Source of the DNA: Pecten maximus
Taxonomy: Eukaryota
Length of the DNA stretch: 64,000 nucleotides
Direction: 5' to 3'
Assembly: GCF_902652985.1 (NCBI RefSeq)
Contig: NC_047018.1
Span: 36,270,001 to 36,334,000, forward strand
Part shown: piece after piece, positions 1 through 15,504 of the stretch
Layout of the letters: every line of letters begins with the position of its first letter
Position numbering within the stretch: position 1 is the stretch's first letter
Position numbers and translations under genes: made by a program
The notes under the pieces: model-generated
Seen by the model: only the letters and a program-made list of their open reading frames with translations
What the model was told of the DNA's origin: nothing
Database searches by the model: none

Positions 1-1200
1 TTTACGCCAAATACAATACACACTGACAACAGATATTGATCAAACATATTTGTGTCTATATGTTCAACTGCCAAAACAAGTTTGACGGCTTTGTTTTAAG
101 GCTAAATATGGATGTTATCCGATTAGTTACGGATCAGAGTTCCGTCTACGGTTCTGATATTTAGACAGTCCATCATCGCAATCTCGAACATAAATTGCGT
201 CAACTTGAATTCATGGAAATTACGTTTTGAAAACAAATGGACCCCGTTTGGACGAATGACAGATGGCCAACGGTAAATAACGTGCGTAATAAATAAATTC
301 GCTCATATGTAATTATACTGTTAGCTAAGACCAAAATTTTAATTAATTCGGTAAAAAAGCTATGTAACCTTTTCAAATGGCATGTTCAGCGTGTTAATGC
401 ATTCGAGAGGTTAGACATTTACTGTTTATTTTATAATCTCACGGGTACGTTACGAACACACTGCTGCCTTCGACGTCTCTACTCATGATATCTACATTAT
501 TGCAGTCTCCAACACAGGGGCTTGACAGGAATTCCCAAATAGCGATCCGTATTTTATGATACATGTACATATCAAAATAAGGAAGATATGGATTGGAAGT
601 TCGTGTCGGGTCCCTGTGGCCACACAACATATACATATCGACTTCTATGACATGTTGTTTTGAAAACTGCATTTAAAAATGACAAAACAATTAATTATCC
701 AGCACATAGAGAAATTACTGTACAAAACACGTACACTAGATCAAACAGTATCCGGGCAATTCTGATGTTCCCTGGCCTGCTACTTAGGTCAACCGGGACA
801 TTCACGTGCAGACAATTTATAGATACACAATGTTATATGACGATGATAAAACACAATAAATGATAAAATGCCACCAGAACCAAGGTACCATAATGATCAG
901 TCACATTGAATTTTATGAATACTTGGACATTAAAGGCCCGATTTCATGGCTACCACAGTTGTTGTAGAGTAATAAAGACTTAAATTCTGGGTAGTCGGGC
1001 ACTCAAATGTGTAATATATGCAGACGAGTGTCTCTGTATAGTCATCCCATTGAATGTCGCTAGGTTTGTTTTCATATCGAACGTGTGATATATCATTGGT
1101 GACAGTTTTATTGGATTAGATAGGACACATCATGAAGCGTCCGTACCTGTAATTTGGACAGAGACACTTATATATATCAACATATTTCAAACGTTAGGCC

Positions 1201-4200
1201 ACACAGACACTTTCTACACCAATAACCCGGTACACACAGATCCACAAACACTTTTTACACCAATAACCCGGTACACAGATCCACAGACACTTTCTATACC
1301 AATAACCCGGTACACAGATCCACAGACACTTTCTATACCAATAACCCGGTACACAGATCCACACAGACACTTTCTATACCAATAACCCGGTACACAGATC
1401 CACAGACACTCTCTATACCAATAACCCGGTACACAGATCCACAGAGACACTTTCTATACCAATAACCCGGTACACAGATCCACAGAGACACTTTCTATAC
1501 CAATAACCCGGTACACAGATCCACAGACACTTTCTACACCAATAACCCGGTACACAGATCCAGACACTTTCTACACCAATTACCCGGTACACAGATCTAC
1601 AGACACTTTCTATACCAATAACCCGGTACACAGATCCACAGTGACACTTTCTACACCAATAACCCGGTACACAGATCCACAGAGACACTTTCTATACCAA
1701 TAACCCGGTACACAGATCCACAGAGACACTTTCTACACCAATAACCCGGTACACAGATCCACACAGACACTTTCTACACCAATAACCCGGTACACAGATC
1801 CACACAGACACTTTCTACACCAATAACCCGGTACACAGATCCACAGAGACACTTTCTATACCAATAACCCGGTACACAGATCCACAGAGACACTTTCTAT
1901 ACCAATAACCCGGTACACAGATCCACAGAGACACTTTCTACACCAATAACCCGGTACACAGATCTACAGAGACACTTTCTACACCAATAACCCGGTACAC
2001 AGATCGACAGAGACACTTTATATACCAATAACCCGGTACACAGATCCACAGAGACACTTTCTACACCAATAACCCGGTACACAAATCTACAGAGACACTT
2101 TCTACACCAATAACCCGGTACACAGATCCACAGAGACACTTTCTATACCAATAACCCGGTACACAGATCCAGGCACTTTCTATACCAATAACCCGGTACA
2201 CAGATCCACAGAGACACTTTCTACACCAATAACCCGGTACACAGATCCACAGAGACACTTTCTACACCAATAACCCGGTACACACTGATCTACAGAGACA
2301 CTTTCTATACCAATAACCCGGTACACAGATCCACAGAGACACTTTCTACACCAATAACCCGGTACACAGATCCACAGAGACACTTTCTACACCAATAACC
2401 CGGTACACAGATCCACAGAGACACTTTCTACACCAATAACCCGGTACACAGATCCACAGAGACACTTTCTATACTAATAACCCGGTACACAGATCCACAG
2501 AGACACTTTCTACACCAATAACCCGGTACACACAGATCTACAGAGACACTTTCTATACCAATAACCCGGTACACAGATCCACAGAGACACTTTATACACC
2601 AATAACCCCGTACACAGATCCACAGAGACACTTTCTACACCAATAACCTGGTACACAGATCCACAGAGACACTTTCTACACCAATAACCCGGTACACAGA
2701 TCCACAGTGACACTTTCTACACCAATAACCCGGTACACAGATCCACAGACACTTTCTACACCAATAACCCGGTACACAGATCCACAGAGACACTTTCTAC
2801 ACCAATAACCCGGTACACACAGATCCACAGAGACACTTTATATACCAATAACCCGGTACACAGATCCACAGAGACACTTTCTACACCAATAACCCGGTAC
2901 ACAAATCTACAGAGACACTTTCTACACCAATAACCCGGTACACAGATCCACAGAGACACTTTCTACACCAATAACCCGGTACACAGATCCAGACACTTTC
3001 TATACCAATAACCCGGTACACAGATCCACAGAGACACTTTCTACACCAATAACCCGGTACACAGATCCACAGAGACACTTTCTACACCAATAACCCGGTA
3101 CACACAGATCTACAGAGACACTTTCTATACCAATAACCCGGTACACAGATCCACAGAGACACTTTCTACACCAATAACCCGGTACACAGATCCACAGAGA
3201 CACTTTCTACACCAATAACCCGGTACACAGATCCACAGAGACACTTTCTACACCAATAACCCGGTACACACAGATCTACAGAGACACTTTCTACACCAAT
3301 AACCCGGTACACAGATCCACAGAGACACTTTCTACACCAATAACCCGGTACACAGATCCACAGAGACACTTTCTACACCAATAACCCGGTACACAGATCC
3401 ACAGACACTTTCTATACCAATAACCCGGTACACATATCCACAGAGACACTTTCTACACCAATAACCCGGTACACAGATCCACAGACACTTTCTATACCGT
3501 ACACAGATCCACAGAGACACTTTCTACACCAATAACCCGGTACACAGATCCACAGACACTTTCTACACCAATAACCCGGTACACAGATCCACAGAGACAC
3601 TTTCTACACCAATAACCCGGTACACAGATCCACAGAGACACTTTCTACACCAATAACCCGGTACACAGATCCACAGACACTTTCTATACCAATAACCCGG
3701 TACACAGATCCACAGACACTTTCTACACCAATAACCCGGTACACAGATCCACAGAGACACTTTCTACACCAATAACCCGGTACACAGATCCACAGGGACA
3801 CTTTCTATACCAATAACCCGGTACACAGATCCACAGGGACACTTTCTACACCAATAACCCGGTACACAGATCCACTAGACACTTTCTACACCAATAACCC
3901 GGTACACAGATCCACAGGGACACTTTCTACACCAATAACCCGGTACACAGATCTACAGAGATACTTTCTACACCAATAACCCGGTACACAGATCCACTAG
4001 ACACTTTCTACACCAATAACCCGGTACACAGATCCACAGGGACACTTTCTACACCAATAACCCGGTACACAGATCTACAGAGACACTTTCTACACCAATA
4101 ACCCGGTACACAGATCCACTAGACACTTTCTACACCAATAACCCGGTACACAGATCCACTAGACACTTTCTACACCAATAACCCGGTACACAGATCCACA

Positions 4201-6672
4201 GAGACACTTTCTACACCAATAACCCGGTACACAGATCTACAGAGACACTTTCTACACCAATAACCCGGTACACAGATCCAAAGAGACACTTTCTATACCA
4301 ATAACCCGGTACACAGATCTACAGAGACACTTTCTACACCAATAACCCGGTACACAGACCCACAGAGACACTTTCTACACCAATAACCCGGTACACAGAT
4401 CCACTAGACACTTTCTACACCAATAACCCGGTACACAGATCCACAGGGACACTTTCTACACCAATAACCCGGTACACAGATCTACAGAGACACTTTCTAC
4501 ACCAATAACCCGGTACACAGATCCACAGAGACACTTTCTACACCAATTAACCGGTACACAGATCCACAGAGACACTTTCTACACCAATAACCCGGTACAC
4601 AGATCCACAGGGACACTTTCTACACCAATAACCCGGTACACAGATCCACAGGGACACTTTCTACACCAATAACCCGGTACACAGATCTACAGAGACACTT
4701 TCTACACCAATAACCCGGTACACAGATCCACAGAGACACTTTCTACACCAATAACCCGGTACACACAGATCCACAGAGACACTTTCTATACCAATAACCC
4801 GGTACACAGATCCACAGGGACACTTTCTACACCAATAACCCGGTACACACAGATCTACAGAGACACTTTCTACACCAATAACCCGGTACACAGATCCACA
4901 GGGACACTTTCTACACCAATAACCCGGTACACAGATCCACAGAGACACTTTCTACACCAATAACCCGGTACACACAGATCTACAGAGACACTTTCTACAC
5001 CAATAACCCGGTACACAGATCCACTAGACACTTTCTACACCAATAACCCGGTACACAGATCCACAGACACTTTCTATACCAATAACCCGGTACACAGATC
5101 CACAGGGACACTTTCTACACCAATAACCCGGTACACACAGATCTACAGAGACACTTTTTATACCAATAACCCGGTACACAGATCCACAGAGACACTTTCT
5201 ACACCAATAACCCGGTACACAGATCCACAGGGACACTTTCTACACCAATAACCCGGTACACAGATCTACAGAGACACTTTCTACACCAATAACCCGGTAC
5301 ACAGACCCACAGAGACACTTTCTACACCAATAACCCGGTACACAGATCCACAGAGACACTTTCTACACCAATAACCCGGTACACAGATCTACAGAGACAC
5401 TTTCTACACCAATAACCCGGTACACAGATCCAAAGAGACACTTTCTATACCAATAACCCGGTACACAGATCTACAGAGACACTTTCTACACCAATAACCC
5501 GGTACACAGACCCACAGAGACACTTTCTACACCAATAACCCGGTACACAGATCCACTAGACACTTTCTACACCAATAACCCGGTACACAGATCCACAGGG
5601 ACACTTTCTACACCAATAACCCGGTACACAGATCTACAGAGACACTTTCTACACCAATAACCCGGTACACAGATCCACAGAGACACTTTCTACACCAATT
5701 AACCGGTACACAGATCCACAGAGACACTTTCTACACCAATAACCCGGTACACAGATCCACAGGGACACTTTCTACACCAATAACCCGGTACACAGATCCA
5801 CAGGGACACTTTCTACACCAATAACCCGGTACACAGATCTACAGAGACACTTTCTACACCAATAACCCGGTACACAGATCCACAGAGACACTTTCTACAC
5901 CAATAACCCGGTACACACAGATCCACAGAGACACTTTCTATACCAATAACCCGGTACACAGATCCACAGGGACACTTTCTACACCAATAACCCGGTACAC
6001 ACAGATCTACAGAGACACTTTCTACACCAATAACCCGGTACACAGATCCACAGGGACACTTTCTACACCAATAACCCGGTACACAGATCCACAGAGACAC
6101 TTTCTACACCAATAACCCGGTACACACAGATCTACAGAGACACTTTCTACACCAATAACCCGGTACACAGATCCACTAGACACTTTCTACACCAATAACC
6201 CGGTACACAGATCCACAGACACTTTCTATACCAATAACCCGGTACACAGATCCACAGGGACACTTTCTACACCAATAACCCGGTACACACAGATCTACAG
6301 AGACACTTTTTATACCAATAACCCGGTACACAGATCCACAGAGACACTTTCTACACCAATAACCCGGTACACAGATCCACAGGGACACTTTCTACACCAA
6401 TAACCCGGTACACAGATCTACAGAGACACTTTCTACACCAATAACCCGGTACACAGACCCACAGAGACACTTTCTACACCAATAACCCGGTACACAGACC
6501 CACAGAGACACTTTCTACACCAATAACCCGGTACACAGATCCACTAGACACTTTCTATACCAATAACCCGGTACACAGATCCACTAGACACTTTCTACAC
6601 CAATAACCCGGTACACAGATCCACTAGACACTTTCTACACCAATAACCCGGTACACAGATCCACTAGACACA
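1201..6672. repeat. Minisatellite A, ~41-bp unit CACTTTCTACACCAATAACCCGGTACACAGATCCACAGAGA (37-43 bp variants)
   Basis: About 130 directly visible tandem copies; source of the many WICVPGYWCRKC pseudo-ORFs. Confidence 0.98.
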
Positions 6673-9102
6673 CGTGGGGCAAAGTCCACATTCGAAACTA
6701 CCACCCCCTCTTAACTCCCGTCACATGCTTAAAATTATCTTCAAATTGGAAAGTTTAACTCAAGACTTCGTCTGTGTTAACGACAGGATGGTTAGAAAAA
6801 GGACGTCTTGACCCCAAATTGTCTGTTAAAAATGCTAATTAACAAACATAAATTTGAACGCAATATTAAAAGAATCAGATCGAAGTCAATGTAATTCTTC
6901 GACGAGTAGATCGTCGAGTATTTAATTTAAAATTACATAATACGGATAGTGGTTCCTTCAGCTCAGACTAATTGTCGGCCAACCAATCTAACACAATGTA
7001 GTAGTTGTTACGTCAAACCTCGGGGCGGTTTTCAGGTATCATGTCTCACTATTTTATATCAATATATCCAGCAACTTTGATAATTCTATACCTGACCGAT
7101 TCCGAGTCTGTTGGACCCCAGAGCATTATCTGTCAGAGAAAGATTACACGTGCTTATACCACTTAATCAATAATTCATGGAAATCAATGAAAAATACTCA
7201 CATTTTTTTTCGTCCGCTTTCCTTTCCCGATTAAAAATGTTCTCCGTATTGATTAATTGTAATTTTTGTTATATTTAATGAACTGTGTTTCTCTATACAT
7301 ATCCCGATAATATACAGGTGTGTCTCGATACAGTCTAGTGGCTAGTTTCCAATAAACATCACTGTTGAGTCAAATGTTCTACTCCTTAAAGGCGTACGTT
7401 CTGAATTCCGTCCTGAACGAAGACGTACTTGTTCTGGGGAGGGTGGTTGTTGTTCTAACCTAACTATAGGTCAGTGTTTGTTGACAATTCACACAGGTAT
7501 TCGGTATTTAAAGATAAGACAGTAGAATATCGAGAACATCTTCATTGTTTGTAGTTTAAATCTGCACAACAATTGTCGTGTCAGGTTCCCCAGGGGTCAC
7601 GCCATTGTTCTTCAATCAAATTGACTCGTAAAACTAGCTATCCGTTTGTAAACAAGTCTGTATGTACTTTACAAAATACAGAATGACCGATTAGAAGATA
7701 GCATGGGGGTTTATATTTTCACAACCACTATAGAATTCAGTTTGTCTATTAGAAAAATGTTGGGTTTTTTTTTATAAATATAATCAACAACCCGTGATTT
7801 TTTGCAAGTTTGATCTCTTTGCAACCTGTCGTCACATTACAAATATGGAATTTTAACAGTTGCGCCAAAACGTAATTGGAGATAGATTTTGGCATAAAAT
7901 CTAAGTTTGACTACAGTCCAACAAGCTAAATACTAAACGCCATGCCGGTAATTGTATTCCTATAAATACGGCTCTTTTCTGAAAGCCGTGAAAAAATAAA
8001 ATAAAAAGAAGGATAAATGAAATATACAGGGGCTAATAGATTAAAAGCTCATTGTAATGGCGCGTTGTCACATTGGCTCATAATTTTTTGTCGCGTTGTC
8101 GCACTGTCAAAGCGAGATGGCCGAAACTAGTGACCATCACTATGCCTGTTTGTTCCTTCGAAACAAGCGGCGGTAAAGTGACAAGGAATTAAATGCTCTA
8201 TTGGCATTAGGCATGACCATAACACAACATTAATTCATATATAATGGCTACCAGGTGAAATGACATTGAAAAATAATCAACTTCATTCTTGCACATCGTC
8301 TCTTGTTTCACATAACACAAGACTACATAAGAAGCAAACATTTCGCTGATGTAAAGATGGATAACTTCAAAAACCGGGATAAAATGTAGAAAAATGATAA
8401 TTGTATACCTACTGCCAGTGTGGTTACGAATAGTTTGACAGTCCTATTCAAATATTTATAAATTTTGTATCGCATTTGTCTCATAGTCGTATATTGAGAC
8501 CAATCGCTGAGCTGCCATATTTGTTATATAAGAGCCTCACACAACTCATATAGATGTGGGACATGGGTATCACTGTTTGCACATTTTGTCTGTGTTTGCT
8601 TTAAATCTCTTTGTAGAGGATTATTCAAATAAAACGTCACCATTAATGACCGATATAGGTTTGTGAGACTTCCATAAATTATGACGAAACGATTCTTTCA
8701 AGATAGATTTAAATTCACATCCATAATTTATATAACTCGTTCGTACCGGAGTATCGCATTAAGTTGTTAACTTGTCATATGTATAGGCGAGGTGTCCTCC
8801 ATAGGTAATACTATAGGTAACGGACACTTAAACAAGCGATTGTCGCCTAGATCTTTATCCAATGTTTTTCTCACTTGTAAAATAACTATGTACATTTATA
8901 TGATCCTCATCTGAATCAGAGACGTGTATATCTGATATACTGTTATTCTGTTAATGAAATCTGCATTATTTGGAGGAAATAAAGAGAATGATAATGATAA
9001 TGACGGCTACTAGCTATACATTTCCCAACTTGACACCTGTACATATAATTATCTAACATAAGGTATTGAATTGAACTAGATGAGTTATTACGATACATGA
9101 AC

Positions 9103-10235
9103 AGTGTCTCATGAGTCAGGCGATTTTATTACAATATATCCGTAGTGTCCCACGAGTCTGGCGATTTCGTTACAATATATCCTTAGTGTCTCATGAGACA
9201 GGCTATTTTATTACAATATATCCGTAGTGTCCCACGAGTCTGGCGATTTCGTTACAATATATCCTTAGTGTCTCATGAGTCAGGCGATTTTATTACAATA
9301 TATCCGTAGTGTCCCACGAGTCAGGCGATTTTATTACAATATATCCGTAGTGTCCCACGAGTCTGGCGATTTCGTTACAATATATCCTTAGTGTCTCATG
9401 AGTCAGACGATTTTATTACAATATATCCGTAGTGTCCCACGAGTCAGGCGATTTTATTACAATATATCCGTAGTGTCTCATGAGTCAGGTGATTTCGTTA
9501 CAATATATCCTTAGTGTCTCATGAGACAGGCTATTTTATTACAATATATCCGTAGTGTCTCACGAGTCAGGCGATTTCGTTACAATATATCCGTAGTGTC
9601 TCACGAGTCAGGCGATTTTATTACAATGGATCCGTAGTGTCTCATGAGTCAGGCGATTTTATTACAATATATCCATAGTGTCTCACGAGTCAGGCGATTT
9701 CATTACAATATATCCGTAGTGTCTCACGAGTCAGGCTATTTTATTACAATATATCCGTAGTGTCTCATGAGTCAGGCGATTTTATTACAATATATCCATA
9801 GTGTCTCACGAGTCAGGCGATTTCGTTACAATATATCCGTAGTGTCTCATGAGTCAGGCGATTTTATTACAATGGATCCGTAATGTCTCACGAGTCAGGT
9901 GATTTCGTTACAATATATCCGTAGTGTCTCATGAGTCAGACGATTTTATTACAATATATCCGTAGTGTCTCATGTGTCTGGCGATATTATTACAATATAT
10001 CTGTAGTGTCTCATGAGTCAGGCGATTTTATTACAATATATCCGTAGTGTCTCACGAGTCAAGCGATTTAGTTACAATATATCCGTAGTTTGCCATGAGT
10101 CAGGCGATTTTATTACAATATATCCGTAGTGTCTCACGAGTCAGGTGATTTTATTACAATATCTCCGTAGTTTGACATGAGTCAGGTGATTTAGTTACAA
10201 TATATCCGTAGTTTGCCATGAGTCAGGCGATTTTA
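9103..10235. repeat. Minisatellite B, 41-bp unit GTGTCTCATGAGTCAGGCGATTTTATTACAATATATCCGTA
   Basis: About 27 tandem copies. Confidence 0.97.
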
Positions 10236-11584
10236 ATTCGATACAGTTATGACATCCCGTGAGTTACTTTAAACACTGTTTATACATAGTGTCTCCATCA
10301 TTAAGATCCTCGCATAGCCCACTGTAAACTAGTGTATTGTTACGATTCAGTCAGTTTTGGTACAGTTTATGGTATGTGTATTGTTTCCTTAACCAGTGAG
10401 TTTTATGATAATTTATCAAGTGTTTGGTTACAGAAGTCAAGTAGGGTGTGTACTCTCTTGAATCTGCGATTACTTATTCATATGAGTCCCAAATTTACAC
10501 TTGATTAGCAAATTTTGTTTTAATATTCAAATAAGGTAAACAAGCACACTGCGTGTCTACCGACATGTTGAAACCTGATGTGGCCAGGCTGGGATATCGA
10601 TACAGTATATTAATAATATCCCTAACTCAGCACCCCGGTGTTACGATCACGTGACGGACCCCGTTACACCCGCCTCACTGTTTAGTTATCATAAACTTTA
10701 ACACTACACATTAAAAACCATTTAAATTTTATTACATGTGTTTACTGAACAATGGACTTGATAAAGTAACCGCTGGATATGTATATACAGTCAGCAGCCT
10801 TATAAACCACCTGTTAATGTATATAATGTATTTTGTGAAATATTTCAATTTTCGCTTTCGTTTTTGCGTGATGCTCCTCACCCCCTGTTCAAATATGCAT
10901 AGTTAGGGCTGAGATCATAAAACATTATTTTAATTAAATAAATCCTTTATGATAAAATATCAATTTCGAAGTTTTTTGTGATTTCTGTATGTCATTATAC
11001 ACAACTCCTTTAGAGCTCTATAATCACAGTGTGAAACTCTTTAGTTTACTAGTATATATGTAGAATTATATAGAACTTAGTTATTAACATTACAGTTAGG
11101 GTATCGTGAAACCCCATACATCTATATGACAAAGTGAAATCTCCTTTATAACTCTTAATAAGAAGACGATTTCAATTACTTATTTACAGTTCGGATTCGT
11201 TTGAAAAAACTCATAAATTCACAGTCACAAATGGTATCGTGAAAATGATCCTGTCCGTGGATGGACACATCCCAGTATCCATAACGGTACTGCATCCACA
11301 TTAATTTTACTGATTTTAGAACTTTGCCGCTTGTAAACAAATTCAAACATTTTATTATTATTATTTTTATAAATTCTATACAAAAGATAATTAAAACTAG
11401 CTGTCGTTAAGATATCTACGTGGTAGGGTTTGTAGGGGGTCACATTAATGGGGCGTGGACGATACAGGTACATAGCCAGGAAATTATCTAGTGGTATTAT
11501 GTTTTTCTTTCATTACTGGTCATCCATTTTGTGTAGGCTGACCTATCGTCGATAAATAACGGTGCAAAACAAGCAAAGTACGCG

Positions 11585-12826
11585 TACAATGGTAAATGAC
11601 CGTCCTGTGTTGTCGTCCTGTACAATGGTAAAGGACCGTCCTGTGTTGTCGTGCTGTACAATGGTAAAGGACTGTCCTGTGTTGTCGTGCTGTACAATGG
11701 TAAAGGACCGTCTTGTGTTGTCGTGCTGTACAATGGTAAAGGACCGTCCTGTGTTGTCGTCCTGTACAATGGTAAAGGACCGTCCTGTGTTGTCCTGTAC
11801 AATGGTAAAGGACCGTCCTGAGTTGTCGTCCTGTACAATGGTAAAGGACCGCCCTGTGTTGTCGTCCTGTACAATGGTAAAGGACCGCCCTGTGTTGTCG
11901 TCCTGTACAATGGTAAAGGACCGTCCTGTGTTGTCGTCCTATACAATGGTAAAGGACCGTCCTGTGTTGTCGGTCTGTACAATGGTAAAGGACCATCCTG
12001 TGTTGTCGCCCTGTACAATGGTAAAGGACCGTCCTGTGTTGTCGTCCTGTACAATGGTAAAGGACCGTCCTGTGTTGTCGTCCTGTACAATGGTAAAGGA
12101 CCGTCCTGTGTTGTCGTCCTATACAATGGTAAAGGACCGTCCTGTGTTGTCGTCCTGTACAATGGTAAAGGACCGTCCTGTGTTGTCGTCCTGTACAATG
12201 GTAAAGTACCGTCCTGTGTTGTCGTGCTGTACAATGGTAAAGGACCGTCCTGTGTTGTCGTCCTGTACAATGGTAAAGGACCGTCTTGTGTTGTCCTGTA
12301 CAATGGTAAAGGACCGTCCTGTGTTGTCGGTCTGTACAATGGTAAAGGACCACCCTGTGTTGTCGTCCTGTACAATGGTAAAGTACCGTCCTGTGTTGTC
12401 GTCCTGTACAATAGTAAAGGACCGTCCTGTGTTGTCGGTCTGTACAATGGTAAAGGACCGTCCTGTGGTGTCGTCCTGTACAATGGTAACGGACCGTCCT
12501 GTGTTGCGTCCTGTACAACGATAAAGGACCGTCCTGTGTTGTCGGTCTGTACAATGGTAAAGGACCGTCCTGTGTTGTCGTCCTGTACAATGGTAAAGGA
12601 CCGTCCTGTGTTGCGTCCTGTACAATGATAAAGGACCGTCCTGTGTTGTCGGTCTGTACAATGGTAAAGGACCGTCCTGTGTTGTCGTCCTGTACAATGG
12701 TAAAGGACCGTCCTGTGTTGCGTCCTGTACAATGGTAAATGACCGTCCTGTGTTGTCGGTCTGTACAATGGTAAAGGACCGTCCTGTGTTGTCGTCCTGT
12801 ACAATGGTAAAGGACCGTCCTGTGTT
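11585..12826. repeat. Minisatellite C, 36-bp unit TGTACAATGGTAAAGGACCGTCCTGTGTTGTCGTCC
   Basis: About 34 copies; explains the 12-aa periodic ORFs on both strands. Confidence 0.97.
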
Positions 12827-14594
12827 AGCTTAGTCTTGTCCTTGTACAAAACAGTTTACTCAAGTTCGTCTAGATAGCAAACACTATGTCTCATGTGGTT
12901 TTTTTTCATTGAGGTAGCCACCAGCTACTACAATGAGACCCCGTGTCAATATGTTCCCGGTTCTTCACACGGCTTATATATGCGATAAAGAAAATGTATA
13001 CAATAATGATATATGAGGGTAGATATTTTCTGTCAGTGTTTGTTAATTCGCCGTCTATCAAAGTTTGACAGATATATGTGTTATATAGGACCATAGGGAT
13101 ATGTGTTAAATGTAATCTCATTAAAATTGGATGATGAAATTCTAATTTTAATTTGGTGTTATATGAGACCGAGAGGTGGTAATGTTCTGTGGAACGTGGA
13201 GGTGGGGGCTGATATGTTTTAAATAGTTACTGTGACTGTTCAGCCATCCTGGAGTATATAGATACAAACTACGTCATGACAACACTTCATTTCTCGACAA
13301 AATAAAAACAAATCTACATTGAAGTTACATCATGGGATATCCCTAACAGAACCTTTTTATTTCGGACGTAATTACAATTTTGTGGACGCCGCTTTCTTAA
13401 TGTGACACCATTGCAATGTCTAACAGCACCTGTTTGTAAGGATAAAGGAATTCCGTGACTGATTTTGATTAATTTTACCTACAAATCTGTGTCTAGCAAT
13501 GTTCTATATGGAATCGAGACTAATGTGTATCATACAAGTCCGTGGTGCTGTGAGAACAGGTGCCCGGTGGGTACACCGTTAATAACCCCGTGATGTTATT
13601 TGTCACAAAATACTTCTCAATAAAAATAAATAAATAAATAGCTGAAAAGAAATTATGTTAATCATTAAACATGTACTATGTGGAATCATTATACGTCGAA
13701 TGGGATTCAATCCTTAATTATAATGGAACTCTTCAAAACACGGAGGAAGAAAAGGTATGAGACGACGGTACAGCTAACTTAAGGGGATTTGTCACACCGT
13801 CGGAGTACGGTTTTATACAAATACTAATCGATAGGCAATCAGTATCCATCATGCTTAGTGCTAAATGTACATATGAATGGAATGCACGGCACAGCTTATA
13901 CCTCAGTATAATGCAACAGGAACTCTTCTTTGTGGAGGAACAAACAGCCTGGTTGATCCACGTGAGCCTTTAATTGGACTGAAGAATGATCACGTCTAAG
14001 CCGAAAGTTATAAAAGTTCACACGATAATATTTGTATCATAGAAAATATCTTCAGTAGATCACAGGGACGGTATCTTTAATCATATTTAATATGACTAGA
14101 TGTAGAAACTGGTACCGTGTAATTCCGTGTCGCTAAGTAAATAATGTTTGAGTATGATTGGTAGACCGCTGTGATCAAACGCCTACACGATGTACATGTA
14201 CATTCGGGTACAGTGTATATTATAAAGTATTCACTTGTTAAACAAATCAAATTACACACGAGTGTAAAACATGTGGTTTTTACAGTTCCTTACATAAGTA
14301 GAGATATGATAATTTGATCAAGTCGATGTGTACTTCGATATCATAATGCGTACACAAACTATAAATAGACGTATAAGTTGATTAAATCAACACCCGGTGA
14401 AATTGGCATCTCGTAATTGGTCAAAAATTTAACTTACATATGTATTAAGTTCTTTCTAACGTCATTGTGAGTATAGCTGTATAAAACGATACCAATACCA
14501 ATCTTATAATTCAGAAAACTTCATCAATCACAAAAAGTTCGATATTATAACTGTATGGCACTAAATATTTTATAGGGTAACACTAAATTGTTGC

Positions 14595-15090
14595 TGTTAC
14601 AGGCCCCTGTCCGGGTCCGTGTATACTGATTTGACATACACTGTTCAGTATTATAAATGAGACTCTTTACGGGCCCCTGTGGTCGGGGTTATAACGTGTT
14701 GTTACACTCTTTATTATTGTAAATCATTGATGTTACATGCCCCTGTGATCTGCGTAATGACTTTGTGACGCACTATTTAGTTTTATAAATATCATGTTAC
14801 AGGCCCCTGTGATCTGCGTAATGACTTTGTGATACACTATTTAGTTTTATAAATACATGTTACAGGCCCCTGTGATCTGCGTAATGACTTTGTGATACAC
14901 TATTTAGTTTTATAAATATCATGTTACAGGTCCCTGTGATTTGTTCAATAACTTGATGATGCACTGTTTAGTATTATAAATAACACATGTTATAGGTCCC
15001 TGTGATCCTGGTAATGAGTTCATATGACTTCAAATTACACTATTTAGTAATATAAACAACATCTCATCTGTTACAGGCCCCTGTGGTCTG
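14595..15090. repeat. Degenerate minisatellite D, ~62-68-bp unit containing TGTTACAGGCCCCTGTG
   Basis: About 8 diverged copies. Confidence 0.88.
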
Positions 15091-15504
15091 TGTAATAGCC
15101 ACATGTTTACACAATATCGATGTGGAAATAGCACAATCCATCACCACAATGTACTTTCACTGGCGATAATGTATTGACTGCACATAAACGGAGACCGCTT
15201 TAAACAAATCAATGTCCCAGATGATGAAAAGAGTAAGGTATATAAAATAAAATAATTAAATCTACAGAAACAATTAAATACGTTTGTATATACTGGGTTT
15301 GTGCCAAATCATTGAAACAATGAAAAAATAAAACAAATACGGATTACATCAACGTCGCAATCTCCGGGAGATATGTCGAAATGTTGATACAGCTATATAC
15401 ATATACAAACAAATTATGTTTTATGAGCAAACAATCCACATATGTACTGGGCCCCAAAACATCCCCGGACTAAATCCCTGATACAGATTTGTTATAGAAG
15501 GCGT

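Noticed and set aside
443-487. Possible first coding exon MSRDVEGSSVFVTYP followed by GTGAG donor (minus)
   Set aside because: Too short to identify, weak acceptor, and no downstream exon in the window.
11497-12849. 320-450 aa ORFs on both strands
   Set aside because: Stop-free translations of a 36-bp unit, open in several frames at once; frameshifting unit variants are tolerated.
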